Shown here: positions 29,197 to 42,014 of the stretch, piece after piece
How positions within the stretch are numbered: the first letter of the stretch is position 1
How the letters are laid out: each line of letters begins with the position of its first letter
NCBI GenBank assembly: GCA_028023455.1
Contig: JAQFVV010000005.1
Coordinates: forward strand, 15,748,001 to 15,812,000
Source: Epiperipatus broadwayi
Lineage: Eukaryota; Animalia; Onychophora
Length of the DNA stretch: 64,000 nt
Direction of reading: 5' to 3'
The notes under the pieces: model-generated
Told to the model about the DNA's origin: nothing
What the model saw: only the letters and a program-made list of their open reading frames with translations
Database searches by the model: none
Position numbers and translations under genes: made by a program

Positions 29197-30700
29197 TCAG
29201 CACAGGAAAAATAGTTTATAAAAAAAGTCACCACCACAAAGATCCAAATGGTGACTGAATACTACCAAATATACTACCATCCAGTTAATGCAAAAGAACT
29301 TTCTTAAAGACAAAGATTCCTGGACATTTTCAATATGAATTATAAGATTTTGAACTGAGGCTAGACTACACTGGCTTAATATCTCTTGTTCTATAATTTT
29401 TTTATTATTATTTTGCTTGTTAAATTGAATTCTTTCTTTTGAAACAAGAGTCAATCCATCCAATCATCGATTAGATTATGGCAAAGGGAGTCATCAATTA
29501 TAATATTAATTTTTCATTTAATAATAAAATATAGGTACAGACTCCCAAGCTTGCTTGCTAATAGACCGAATAATCTATCGACTTGAAAGGTGAGACTTTG
29601 TTCTTATATAATACTAAGTGCTCACTCTTTGACAATTACAATATTTGATGTTCAATGTTTGTGTTTAATTAATTTAATTATTTGTTATTCGGAATGCATG
29701 ACTAAACCCTTGAATGATTGGTCTGTTCTATCATAGATCTATATGACCACAGAATAGAAGGGGGCTCAGAATCTAAAAGCAACTCTCAACAAATCATGAA
29801 ATGTAGACAGACATATTGGAAATTAATGACCAAATGAAGACATAAATTTTAGTTAGCAAAGAGTTAATTATTAAAATATAGTTTTTAAAATTGTCTTTGA
29901 TGTAAATTTGAAAATTATTAAATTAGAATGATATATGATTATCCTTCATAGGGATCAAAGATATGAGTTAGTAAATAATTGATGAATACAAATGAAGGAT
30001 GATCATCTTATACAATTATTAAATGGTAAATAAATAAATCATTTTTGTTATAAAATAATCGTGAATGGAAACCATCATCAAAATTAAATTGTTAAACATT
30101 AAATATTAAATTTAATTGGTTGTTTGTCATTTGATTTGTCTAATTTCCAATTAATCACATGATATGCATATCCAATGTCAGATACGAAATAATCATATGT
30201 TGAAAAGAGTACACGTACATTCTTCCTGAGTTTGAACACTGTGGCATAACAAAAATCAAGAATGAGGTAAAGTAAGGGAAGTACAAGTGTGAATTCCATT
30301 CCACTAATCAATAATTATCATAGGGCCACTTCATAAAACTTAGGTAAATCATTGGATAACTGACTTGCCTTATTAGGTTTAATGCCCTACTTTGAATACC
30401 AAATGGGAGACAATAGTTAAATATACCTTTCATGGAGAAAAAGACCATCCTGTTACATCTGGTATAGCCAATCGTGTGGCTTGAAACATGCTTAAATAAC
30501 AATACTAGACTGTCCCATTATGTACCAATAATATAATATAAAATCAAATGTCTGGAAAAAACTGTTGAGGTAATGACACATTTAGATCAGATACTTGTTG
30601 GAAATATTGATATGGCCCATATTTGTTGATAGTAAATCATAACACACGTAAGTGTACATTTATATAAATATTAAAATAAATAATACTAAAGATATTTAAA
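29197..30700 (-). pseudogene. Decayed Ty3/gypsy pol (RT and probable RNase H)
   Basis: FFSMKGIFNYCLPFGIQ (~30440-30390) matches the gypsy RT TAF.T..G.Y....PFGL motif. SLRKFFC...VFSHH (~29310-29245) resembles the RNase H end. Confidence 0.65.
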
Positions 30701-31680
30701 AGCATGTAATGAGATGATTTTTACAGTTTGTAAATTTATAAATGCATTATAATTATATAGGTTCGATGCCAATGCATTCACCTATTATGTCTCTAACCTG
30801 GGGTTGATTCCACATTGAAACAACTTGTAATTTTTTCCAACAACTCAACATTTTTCTTCATATTTCTAGACTATATCCAAACCAGCTAACCAATCAATAT
30901 TGGTTAGACAATAAGTATCTAATTATTCTTACTAAAGCATAAAACAAGGATAAAAAAACCTCATCGACCAGCAATGAGATATGATTGAGTATTCCATTAT
31001 GGGCTGTTTAAAAGTTTTTTTTAATTTTTGTGTATAGATACTTTCAAATTTATTTTTCCAGCTATTTAAAATGTAGGTTTTTGTGTAATTTATTTATATA
31101 AATACCAGTTTTAATGCTAACACATCTGGTTTATTACAAGTTTATCAACACCAGCAATCTTCAGTATGTTGGCAAGGCAACTTCAATGCTAAAAGATGGA
31201 TTCTCTTTTTCTCTGGTCTAAGATATTGACACTTTGACTGTAACAGATTCAAATTTTTTTTTAATTCAAAAGTGTTTAAATAAACTCCACTAAATAGGCA
31301 AATATTATCTAAATCTGTTACAGTCAAAGTGCCAGATCTCCTCTCTATATTAATATCTTACATCAGATTGAAATATGGAATCCATCTTTTAAATGTAGAG
31401 GTTGCCTTGACAACAGATTGAAAGATTGTTAAACTTGGATTATTATTATGTGATTTACACTTGTTGAACCATCTAGCTTTATGTAAAATCAAATTTCATA
31501 TATATAATAAATGTTTAATGAAAGAAATAATAAAGTTAAAGGATTTATTTGAGCAAATTATAAATTCTGGTATTTAATATGTACGAGATATTCCTTACTC
31601 TGGAAATATTAATTATTGCCCAAATAAATAAAAAATTATTTTAAAAACTTGTGTAATCATTTTCACCTATTACCAATTTA

Positions 31681-32397
31681 GCCATTCAAGCTATTGTGCA
31701 CTTTTATGAGTGTTAAATAATAAATGAATACTTTCACTCTCAACACAAGATATAGTATTTAGGAAAGAACAAAATGAATAGTAAATTCTAGATAATTTTG
31801 TCGACATCATTCATTCAAATATTGTAAATAGTGGTTTAAAGTGAGTGGTTTATCCTCACGCTTTCATTTCCAGTACTTAAGATTTGCCCATATATAAGCA
31901 TTTGGGTTGGAAAGAACAAGTGGATTCATTTTGTTCTTTCCTAAATACTATATCTTGTGTTGGGAGTGAAAGTATTCATTTATTATTTAACACTCGTAAA
32001 AGCACACAATAGCTTGAATGGCTGATTTTAAATGTATTACAATTAGAAACAGCACTAAAATAAATGTTTATTTACATATGTTTAAAGTTTCATTTGTGAG
32101 TGACGTCTAGTAAATTCTAGATAATTTCGTCGACGTCATTCATTCAGATATCGTAAATAGTGGTTTAAAGTGAGTGGTCTATCCTCACGCTTTCACTCAC
32201 AGTACTTAAGATTTGCTCATATATAAGCATTTGGGTTGGAAAGAACAAGTGGATTCATTTTGTTCTTTCCTAAATACTATATCTTGTGTTGGGAGTGAAA
32301 GTATTCATTTATTATTTAACACTCGTAAAAGTGCACAATAGCTTAAATGGCTGATTTTAAATGTATTACAATTAGAAATAGCACTAAAATAAATGTT
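31681..32397. repeat. Compound insertion: ~100-bp inverted segment plus two tandem ~290-bp units, flanked by a 13-bp direct repeat
   Basis: 31680-31779 is the reverse complement of 31924-32023, 31779-32071 repeats at 32108-32400, and TATTACCAATTTA occurs at 31668-31680 and 32398-32410. Confidence 0.9.
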
Positions 32398-33419
32398 TAT
32401 TACCAATTTACTGAAAGATGAAAGTCTCTTGGTTTATTACAACACTTTTAATCCAAGAAAACAAAATTCCTTATCTATCCCATATAGTTTTTTTATATGT
32501 ATTATGAATGTATATATTTAATGTAACAAATTTTGCATTAAAAAAATTTAAATGAAATTTTATATAATAGAAAAATTGAAATAACAATGGCATTGGTTCT
32601 GATCAAGTGTGATTATTTTTGAAAGTCTTCTGCATAAAAACAGTGGACAATGCAAACTTTAACAAATGGTCATGACCATTAATACAAACTTAACATTATA
32701 CCACAACATTCACCAGAATTCCTTTTTAGAAGCTACTTCAATAATATAAAATATTAGATGAAGCCAACATCCACTATGAGCAGCATTCCAATAATGATCT
32801 AAAGCTTCTCAAAGTCACTTTCATTGTTGTGATGATTGAATCTATCCATCTTACTGCCAATCATCATCCTCTTTTTTCACCACCAACTTTCCAAATATTA
32901 TATACTTTTCCAGTAAATTATATTTTACTATTTCAGTAAGACAATTTCAATTAAAACATGTGCTTTAAGGTAAATATCTGATCAAGTATTCACTTGGTTA
33001 TTTGTTTTGCTAACTCTAACTCAAAATCCACATTTTTCTATTTTTAATGTCCAACTATCACAACCATAGGGTGACAGCAATCTGATCTTTATTTTTAAAA
33101 AGATATTTATATTTTAATATGTATAACAATATCTTTCATAAACTGTAATATGTGTGTATAATATATGTATATATATTAAATTTTTGAATTTATTTGTTTT
33201 ATTAATTATTATAAGTGTACCCTTGAAGGCTTTTGTGATGTTACATTGCTTTGGCTATTTATATATGGTGAAACTGAACTGAGTTCAGATCCATATAGCT
33301 ATCTGGTTTGTAAGATTGGATTTGAAGACATTTACATGTCTGAAAAAATTGATAGTAATGTACTAGATAAGTGCTGACTTTTGAGTTGGTATTTTAGATC
33401 TAGTGTCTGAAGTCCTACC

Positions 33420-33465
33420 TTCTCACTGAGGTGAGCCATAAGCTTGAAACCAATTGGGCTGGGGA
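33420..33465 (+). ncRNA. Degenerate type I hammerhead relic
   Basis: TTCTCA-CTGAGGT-GAGC-CATAA-GCTT-GAAA-CCAATTGG-GC-TGGGGA. Stems I, II and the palindromic stem III fit, but two core positions (A9, U16.1) deviate. Confidence 0.45.
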
Positions 33466-33620
33466 TGAAGACTTTCCGAGAGATTTTGAATTCTTTCTCT
33501 TTCGGCACTTATAAATTAAAGCTTGATTGGAGCTATTGGTAAGCTCCCTCTAGTGAACATTTTAATACAAGTTTAAAAGCAAGTTGCACAATTGTGTCTT
33601 GTTTGATTATATATATATAA

Positions 33621-35409
33621 GGTAATAGTATGAATACTGAACCCTACCGTTAGATGGCACTTTTTTTCGCCCAATGTACATCAATATACCGATTCACGGG
33701 CCATCTGTTTGTTTAAGTAATATTACGGTAAAAAATTTTTGTTGTTTTTTTTCAACCTGTTTTTAATTTTTTTTTCATTGTCAGCCCGTCTGTTTGGTTT
33801 AGATAATATTACGGTAAACCACCAAAGTTTTTTTTTATTCCACCCGGGTTTTTTTTCCCCCCCGTTTTATAATAAACAATGGTCTAGGGGTGTTGGTTTG
33901 TTTTTTAATTATCGACTAACTATCCATCGGTTTCTTTAGATAATATTACTTACGATAAACCAAAGTTTTTGTTTCACTCGGTTTTTTTTTTTTGGTTCGT
34001 TTTTTTGAGAAACAAACACTTTGTTTTTAGATGGTGTTAGGGGTGTTGGTTTGCTTTGAAATTATCGATTAGCGCTCCATTGGTTTGTTTACACAAAAAT
34101 ACGGTAACAAACACTTTGTTGTTTTTAGATGGTGGAGGGGGGATTGGTTGTTTGCTTTCAACTTATCTTCTTTTTTTTTGTTGTTGATGTTTTGCTTTGC
34201 TGAAAGACTTCAACAATTCGGTACTTTTGAATAAACAACACTTGGTTTTTTAGAGAGTAGAGGGGAGAAGGGGTTTTGATTTTGAATTGTGGTCTTTTTT
34301 TTTTGTTAATTTATTACGAGGCTTTTCTATTTTTTTGTTTCAAATCTTTACGCTACAGAAAGTTATATTATATGATAACAAAAAGTTCTTCCTTAATTTT
34401 TGGGCTTTAATTTTAAAAAAGACATAAACAGTTCGTTTTTAAATAACTTTTTTTTTTAAGCCGGGGGAGGTGGGGTGGGGTGGCGGGGAAGGTTTGTTTT
34501 GATTTTTAATTATCGACTTCTTTTTGGATTTTCTTTTTGAACATTTTATTATGCTACTGCACAGTTCTTTATTATTATTTTATATATATATATATATATT
34601 TTGGGTGGGGTCTTTTGAATAAACTCTTAAACACTTTTTTTTTTATTTTGTATAATAAAATATTACGTACTTTAATTAACTGTTAATGAAACTTATCAAA
34701 TATTACCTACCTACTTTCTAATCATATGAATAATAACAAAAAAACAACAGCTTACCATAAAATAATTTATTGAATCAAAAATAAATGAAACTTTGAACAA
34801 GTTGTGAACCAAAACAAGAAACAAAAAAAACACCATTTTCGGGGGCATAAAAAAAGCCAAAAGCAACACACAAATAAAATAACAGGGAAGCCTCAAAGCT
34901 TTAAGTAATGGAATTTTGGAGCCCTCGAACCAACTTCCCTTACAGTTCTGACACGGATTCATGCATAAACAGGCATTTGCACGCGAAATCAGAAACAACT
35001 CTTCTGAAAAGAAGAACCTTTTCAAGTTGTGTGCAGTTCAAAAGCATAGGGAAGTGTGTATGATGATATGATAATTCTTAATATGGAATACTAATTCCAC
35101 TATGCTTTCTAAAAAATTTCCGACAATGAATTTTTGCAGAGTTTCATCTCTTTCAAATATGGCCACTATTAAATCAGACCATAGCGAGAGTTCAAGAGTG
35201 CTCACTTGACGAATACTGTCACAATGCAATGGGCATAGTATTTCATTACATAATCGTAGAATACATCACCCTCAGGCAGCCTGTTATGGCTTAAAAAACA
35301 CCTATTGCAGTGTCAGCTGTAAATTAAGGCCGCCAAAATGATATATTGATGTGCGTTTTGTGAAAAACAACACCATCAAGCAGTTGGGTTCAGTATTCAT
35401 ACTATTACC
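33621..35409. mobile_element. Non-autonomous TIR DNA transposon, Merlin-like
   Basis: TIR GGTAATAGTATGAATACTGAACCC (24 bp perfect, decaying out to ~70 bp), 8-bp TSD ATATATAA (33613-33620 and 35410-35417), GG-start, internal degenerate tandem repeats, no recognisable transposase. Confidence 0.8.
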
Positions 35410-35789
35410 ATATATAATATAAGTATTTAAATAGTCCATCACACTGCAAATTAAAGACTTCTTCAACAACTCTATAATAAACAATAAAGAAATTGGTGAT
35501 TAAGTTTGCCAATTTATAGACAATGGTGGTTTAAAACTGTTTCTGTCATTGTTTTTTCTTTTTAACTAAGAATAGCTAGTTATTCATTTACCAATCAATG
35601 ATGGATAGTGAAAGAAAAATCCAAAATCTGACTAAAAATTTAAAAAAAGAAACTACCTTGGACTCAAATCCATGTTATGGCAATAGGCATATGTGTTGCT
35701 TTAGACATTTTAAGAGTATTTATAGAAAAACAATCCAAGTCTTAAAGTAAATGCTGATTATTTAAAACAATAAATCATTGATTTTTTGT

Positions 35790-36840
35790 GTACACAATAT
35801 GGAATCACTGATTGTTCAAACTTACTGCAGATGGCACTTGTTTTATCACTTGTATAAGATAATTCCTACCCAGAGAATAAAATTGTCTAAAGTTAGTTTA
35901 GAATTAAGGTTACTAAAATATGGTTAGCAACCAAGAATCAGATATATATATATATAACTGTTAAAGCAGGTTGGCTTTAGTTAAAAATCTTAAATGGTTT
36001 TGAAATCCACAATTTTAGTTTGAATAATGAAATGGAGTTAAAGATAGTCGCTAGATATATAATTATATTATTTTCTATATTTAAATCCCGATTCTCAATG
36101 ATAAATATAAAAATTATAAATTGGGTTTCTGGTAATCACTAAAAAAATATTCTTACTTTATCATAGAATATAAAATAAATAAGCAGTGACTTTTTATTAA
36201 CACTCCTGCCCAAGGCAATAAAGATAACAGGTTATAAAGATATACAGTAATCTAAGCTTATATCTATATAACTGTTCATGTAGATTTGCTTGGGTTTAAA
36301 ATGATAGGATGTTTTAAATTTCAGGCTTTTAGTTTAAATAGTGAAATGGGATTAAAAGTGTTTGCTAGATGTGTAACTCCATTATTTTCATCTATGAATC
36401 TCAAGACCCCCTGATAAAGACCAAAACTAATCTGTGGATAGGGATTTAGATCACTATCATTTGATAATCACTGATTTTCTCAAATTAATTATATAGATGG
36501 TATTAGAGTAGATAGATGCCCATGCCACAGTATCTCTAAATTATCATCCTTAGTCATGGGAAAAAAGATAACTCAGATATTGTAGAAGAGAGATTAATAA
36601 AATATATAGTTAGAGACTCAAGACAGATTTATATAAGGGTTCAAGTAGGTTGGTTTGGGCTCAAAGTTTTAGTGTCATTGTAAATTTCAGATATTTAGCA
36701 TGAAATACAAAATGGAGGCAACAATAGTTTCTAGGTAGCTATCCTAAGCTTCATGGATAAAGGCAAAGGTCAGAAACTATTCTGAAGATTGTCTAGTAAT
36801 CACTGATTGATCAAGGTTACTATAGATGGCAGTAGAATAG
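35790..36840 (+). repeat. Decayed tandem array (~310-345-bp period, about 3 units) related to the hammerhead repeat
   Basis: Hammerhead-like relics at ~36092-36125, 36405-36437 and 36749-36787. Shared blocks with the reverse complement of 254-430 (TGGATAGGGATTT; AATCACTGATT...AGATGGCA). Confidence 0.65.
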
Positions 36841-37630
36841 AGTGCTGCTCTTACTTTATTTAAAACATTTTAAAGCTGATATTATTATTTTGGCAACAAC
36901 CCCAGATATCAATCAAAAATTTATAAATGAAAATAAAAAAATAAAAAACTAGAGTTAAAAAATTAATTTCAGCACAAAAATTTATTTGTCACAATTGTTA
37001 CTTAGTTTTATAAACATTGTGTTGACATTCATTAAGCCAGATTAGAGTAATTTATGACTCTAATCTTCCAATGGAGAATGGACAGATATCTGATTTCAGT
37101 TAAGTGATTGGATAACTGAACTGGCTATGGGTGGAATACCTAATACATTTTAAGTTTGAGTGAAAATTTTCTAATTGAAAAACATGTTCAGCTTTACCTA
37201 AATCACAAGTTTTAGATATGACTAAGATTAATGTCTTAACCCACTCCCATAAGATTTTAAATTCAGATGTCATCAGGAATATTTAATATATACTGTAAAG
37301 AAAATAATTACTCTGAAAGTTTTAATATATATATGAATACCTTTTTATTCCAAATTGTAATTTATCTACTTTAAACTATGGTAGTAAAACATGACAAATG
37401 GATTTTAAAATGTAGCAAAGATTTCATGTGCAACAACAACAACCAAAAGAAATCCAAATGAATATCATATAATTCTTGATAAGATATTAAAGGATAAGTT
37501 TGCTGCTGTATTGAGGTCTTGCAGTGGAGATAAAAAATTTGAATAAAAGAACATTGTCTTTAAATCTATTTATTAGACAATCAATAGACTAAGGTTTTAT
37601 TAAAAATCAATAAGCTAAAGTTTTACTTAC

Positions 37631-37712
37631 TTCATTAAATTCTGGGTTTAAAGTTCTCTTTTTTACCGCTGTTTTATTTTTTGTCTTTTTAGACTTGTCT
37701 GGTTTTAAGTAC
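37631..37712 (-). CDS. Rph3a: Rabphilin-3A/Doc2-like exon (C2B: [27 protein letters not shown])
   Basis: tcttttAG acceptor, GTAAGT donor, 82 nt (phase 2 to 0). Confidence 0.95.
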
Positions 37713-38170
37713 CTAAAAGAAAAAAATATTAAATCACAATATTCTGCCAGAATAATACTTTGTATTTCACAAAAAGTAACTTTCATGGATAAAAAAATTT
37801 TAAATAATAATGTAAAAATTTAAATGAAAGTGTTTAAAATCCTTTAATTAAACATATTTTCCAAATTTATAATTTAATACAAGTAAAATATCATTAATCT
37901 CAATGTTCTGATTCCGTGACTTTTATTATCTTTTTGAATTTGTGAATTTTTTAGATTTCAAAAAGAGATCTTTGTTGCAGATACAGACTTTGTTAGGATA
38001 GAAAAAACAGATGACTCACTGCAATTAGGCTGATTCATTTACACATATTTATTCAATAATTTTTTCCTTGAATAATGTTTGTAGCAACTAATATACTTAT
38101 TGCAAAAGGTTAAAGAGCATTGGTAAAAATGTATTTGGTTAGTAGAAGTTTTTGAATAATAGGTATTCAG

Positions 38171-38349
38171 AGCAAAACTCTCCATACAGTATTGCCATCT
38201 GTGCTAAACAGAGTAATCAATGGATGCCATAAGGCTTGTGCATAAAATCCCTATCTAATGCCTACTCATCCAATATCCCCAGACTAGTTTCTGGCTTGTG
38301 GCCTTCGTCAGTGAGGAGCTTTGGATCTGAGAGCACTGCATCTAGATCT
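38171..38349 (-). repeat. Dispersed hammerhead-bearing repeat, copy B
   Basis: Direct repeat of 254-430. Confidence 0.85.
38276..38317 (-). ncRNA. Minimal type I hammerhead ribozyme (intronic copy)
   Basis: The 42-nt motif is identical to 357-398. Confidence 0.75.
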
Positions 38350-39656
38350 GATCATGTGATGCTTAATAGGTATTCAGATTAATAATATTTTACTAAAAGT
38401 AATAACCTTCACTTAAATCTAAATAATAATAATAATAATCAAATAGCTTATGTGTTTGTAAAAATCTTGACTGCTAAAATGCCAGAACTGTAATTGATCC
38501 AAGAATGCTCCAGAGTTTGATAGTCTACCACTGCACTAAACCATCCAGGATAGATTTTAAAACTACACATATGCATTATAATCTATCTATCATTATCCCA
38601 ATCTTTTTGTATTGCATATTAATGAGTTAAGCACAGAGAATAGTGGTTGCTAATTAACTCAAATAATTAAGATAAACAAATGTAAAAATTTCCAATATTT
38701 ATAAAACTATTTATATTGATAATTCATACAAGACTTAATTAAGTTCACAACTCACTAGGAGTCGTGAGATTATAAATATTAATTGCTTAGTAATAATCAG
38801 CTGTCCTACAAAAATAATGAGACATACTTTTAATAAAACCTATTACTTCCAGCCACTTTAGTTTGCCTTATGAAAAGTCCAATACTATTTTCTACAAGCA
38901 TTTCCTTATTCTCAGCTTGAATGTGCTTGACTGCATTTGGTAAATAATATCCTATGTAAATTTCAGTTCAAAAAGCAATTCCTGATCAGAAAAGTATTGT
39001 TTTGTAAGGGAACTATAGCTAGCTTACTTGTAATTCCAGAAACTGACTTTCCTCAAATGAACATCAGTTTTTATAGGCAACTCCTTTAAAAAAATGTGAA
39101 TAATATATTCATTTGCCTATTGTCATCATTGGCTTGTTTATTGTTAATTAATTAGTTAGCTATATTGTATTCCGAGTCTAATTTCATAGCATTTTGTAAA
39201 TTGGATGAGTCCACAATTGAGAATTAACTTCAGATGAGTTTTCAACATTGCTCCATCCCCCTTAGCTTAAGTTAATTTTAAATTGCACAATTCTTGGAGT
39301 AGGCTAATGCCATCTAGATGTTTTTTCTTATTTCATCATTGATTGATCTAATTTCTGTAAATCTTGGAACTGACATTATGCTTGATTTATCATCCTTATC
39401 TAATCTGATGGACTCATCTCTGCGCATAATTCTTCATACTATTGCTTAAGTTGTTTTCTGTATTGATGATGGTGTTAGCTATCTAGAATTTTGAACAACC
39501 ACTATTTTCAGGTCTTTTGTACTTTTAGCCATTGCCTGAACTCATTTGATGGTCCCACTAAACACATAATATAGTACACAAGTCTATCATCATTTATCAG
39601 TTTTATTTTTGTATTTTTCCAATTCATCATATTGGTAAACTGTGCTTTGATTTATC

Positions 39657-41551
39657 GGTTGTTTTCTCATCCTTGGTGTTCGCCTCAAGATGTCGCTATT
39701 TCAAGGTAAATTCCTAGAAATATACCATTTAACACCGGCCTTCACCTAACAAAAGAGGAAATTTTCTATGTTATAAACGCAGAAAAGTCCTCATGTTATG
39801 TTGGTCGGAGGCGGTGTCGGCGACAGAAGCCAACACAAATAAGACTTCTTTCTATGATAAAAAACAGAAAGAGTTCCCGATGGCTGCCGGTTATGGCTTT
39901 TTTTTCTATGCTAAAAGCAAAGAGAAAGAAATGCCTTGATTGGCTGCCGTAGTAGTCGATTTTGTTCATCATTTTCTCGTAATAGTAGAATATCTATTTT
40001 CTCTGTAGTTTTGTGTGAGAGTGTGTGTATTTGAAGCAGTCGTAGTTTTTTAAAATTTGATAAGACGTCTATTTTTTTTAATGTGTTGTAACTTACTTTA
40101 CTGCTGTAAGTTTAGTAATAATGTCCTGAAGATTCCACTATGAATGGGTAACCCTCAAAAATTGCTTTTAAGGGTGCGAAACGGAAAAAAAATTAAGGAT
40201 CATGTGTACCGTTTTCGCGAGAATTCGTCCGTGACCAGTTACTTTTGCTATACTGTATATATACGCACAAACAAAAACAACCCAGTGTCTAATTATTAGG
40301 AATTACTTGTCCTAAAAAGAAAATTAGTCGGGTATTATTATTATTATTTTTTTTGTTACATTTATTATTTCAAAATAAGATTAGTTTTTATATCTACACA
40401 TTAACAAAAACAACCCACTTCCTGATTAATTACAGTCTTAAAAAAAAAAAAAAAAAAGCAAATTCAACGGGGTTTAATTTTTTTCAATGGAGTATTTGAA
40501 TTATGGTATTTTTTTTTTATATATATTTACATAAGATTTACCCCCCCCCCCAAAAAAAAAAGAAACCCACTTTCTGATTAATTACTATCAAAAGAAACGC
40601 AAATTAGACGGCTATCATTTTTAAATTTAGTATTTCAATAACGGTATCCTTTTTTATATAATATAGACAGAGTTAACAAAAACAACCCACTTTCTGTTAC
40701 TGTCCCCCCCCCCCCAAAAAAAAAAGAAAACAGAAATTAGTCGGGTATCATTTTTCAATTGAATCTTTCAATGACGGTCCTTACTAATAGTAGTCGGGTA
40801 TCAATTCTAAATTGTAGTATATAAATGACGTTACTTTTGATCGATTTAGAATTACGTATTGCTTTTTTAATAAAAATAATTGATTTTTACTCTTGACCAA
40901 AAATACCGTAACTTTAAAAAAAGACACATATAAAGTCCAACAAAAAAAATGAGAAAAAGCCCCGTAACTTTAAAGACACACATACAAACTCAAAAACAAT
41001 TTAAGATTAATAAACATTGACTTATTATGTCTTGCTTTTGAATCAAATGATTGATTTACTCTTGCAAAAAAAAAAAGTACCGTAACTTTAAAAAGACACA
41101 CATAAAGTCCCCAAAAAAATATTAGAAAAAGCTTCATAACTTTAAAGACACACACACAAATTCAAAAACAAGATAAGATTAATAAACATTTACTTATTAT
41201 GTCTTGCTTTTGAATAAAAGTATTGATTTACTCTTGCAAAAAAAAAACCCCCGTAACTTTAAAAAGACACACATAAAGTCCAAAAAAAAAAAAAGTTAGA
41301 AAAACACAGTAACTTTAAAAAGACACACAAATTCAAAAAACAAGATAAGATTAATAAACATTTACAAAAATGAAAAAACTAACATTATATAATAGTATTA
41401 GTTAGTAGAATATTTTATTATAAATCTAAGAAATCAGATCTTTTTAGATCAAATCGATCATTTAGGTTGGGCCCCGGAATCGTTATATGTATATGTTTTT
41501 GATTAGCATCAACGCCATCTCTAGGCGAACACCAAGGATGAGAATACAACT
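39657..41551. mobile_element. Non-autonomous TIR DNA transposon with internal tandem arrays
   Basis: ~30-bp TIR GGTTGTTTTCTCATCCTTGGTGTTCGCCT with 2 mismatches. Direct repeat (T)GATTTATC at both ends (8-9-bp TSD). Internal ~100-bp and ~60-bp degenerate units. Superfamily unresolved (MULE/hAT/Merlin). Confidence 0.7.
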
Positions 41552-41849
41552 GATTTATCTTATGCTGATTTATTGTTTTCACTAAAAACAAAATAAGATA
41601 GTAAGAGATAAAAATACAATAATCATGGGATTGATGCATTTGATCTTCTATGCATTAAAAACATGTGATGCAATTTTAATGCCATATAACTTAGTTATTT
41701 CTTAACTGATAAAAATAGAAGTCACTACCATATAAGTAGTGTAAAGAAATAAATTGCATGATACTTATCTTAGAATATAAATATAAAAAATTATCTTTCC
41801 TTCCCTGTAAAAAATAATTTTCAAAACTACTTTCCTAACTTTAGACTTA

Positions 41850-42014
<165 letters not shown>

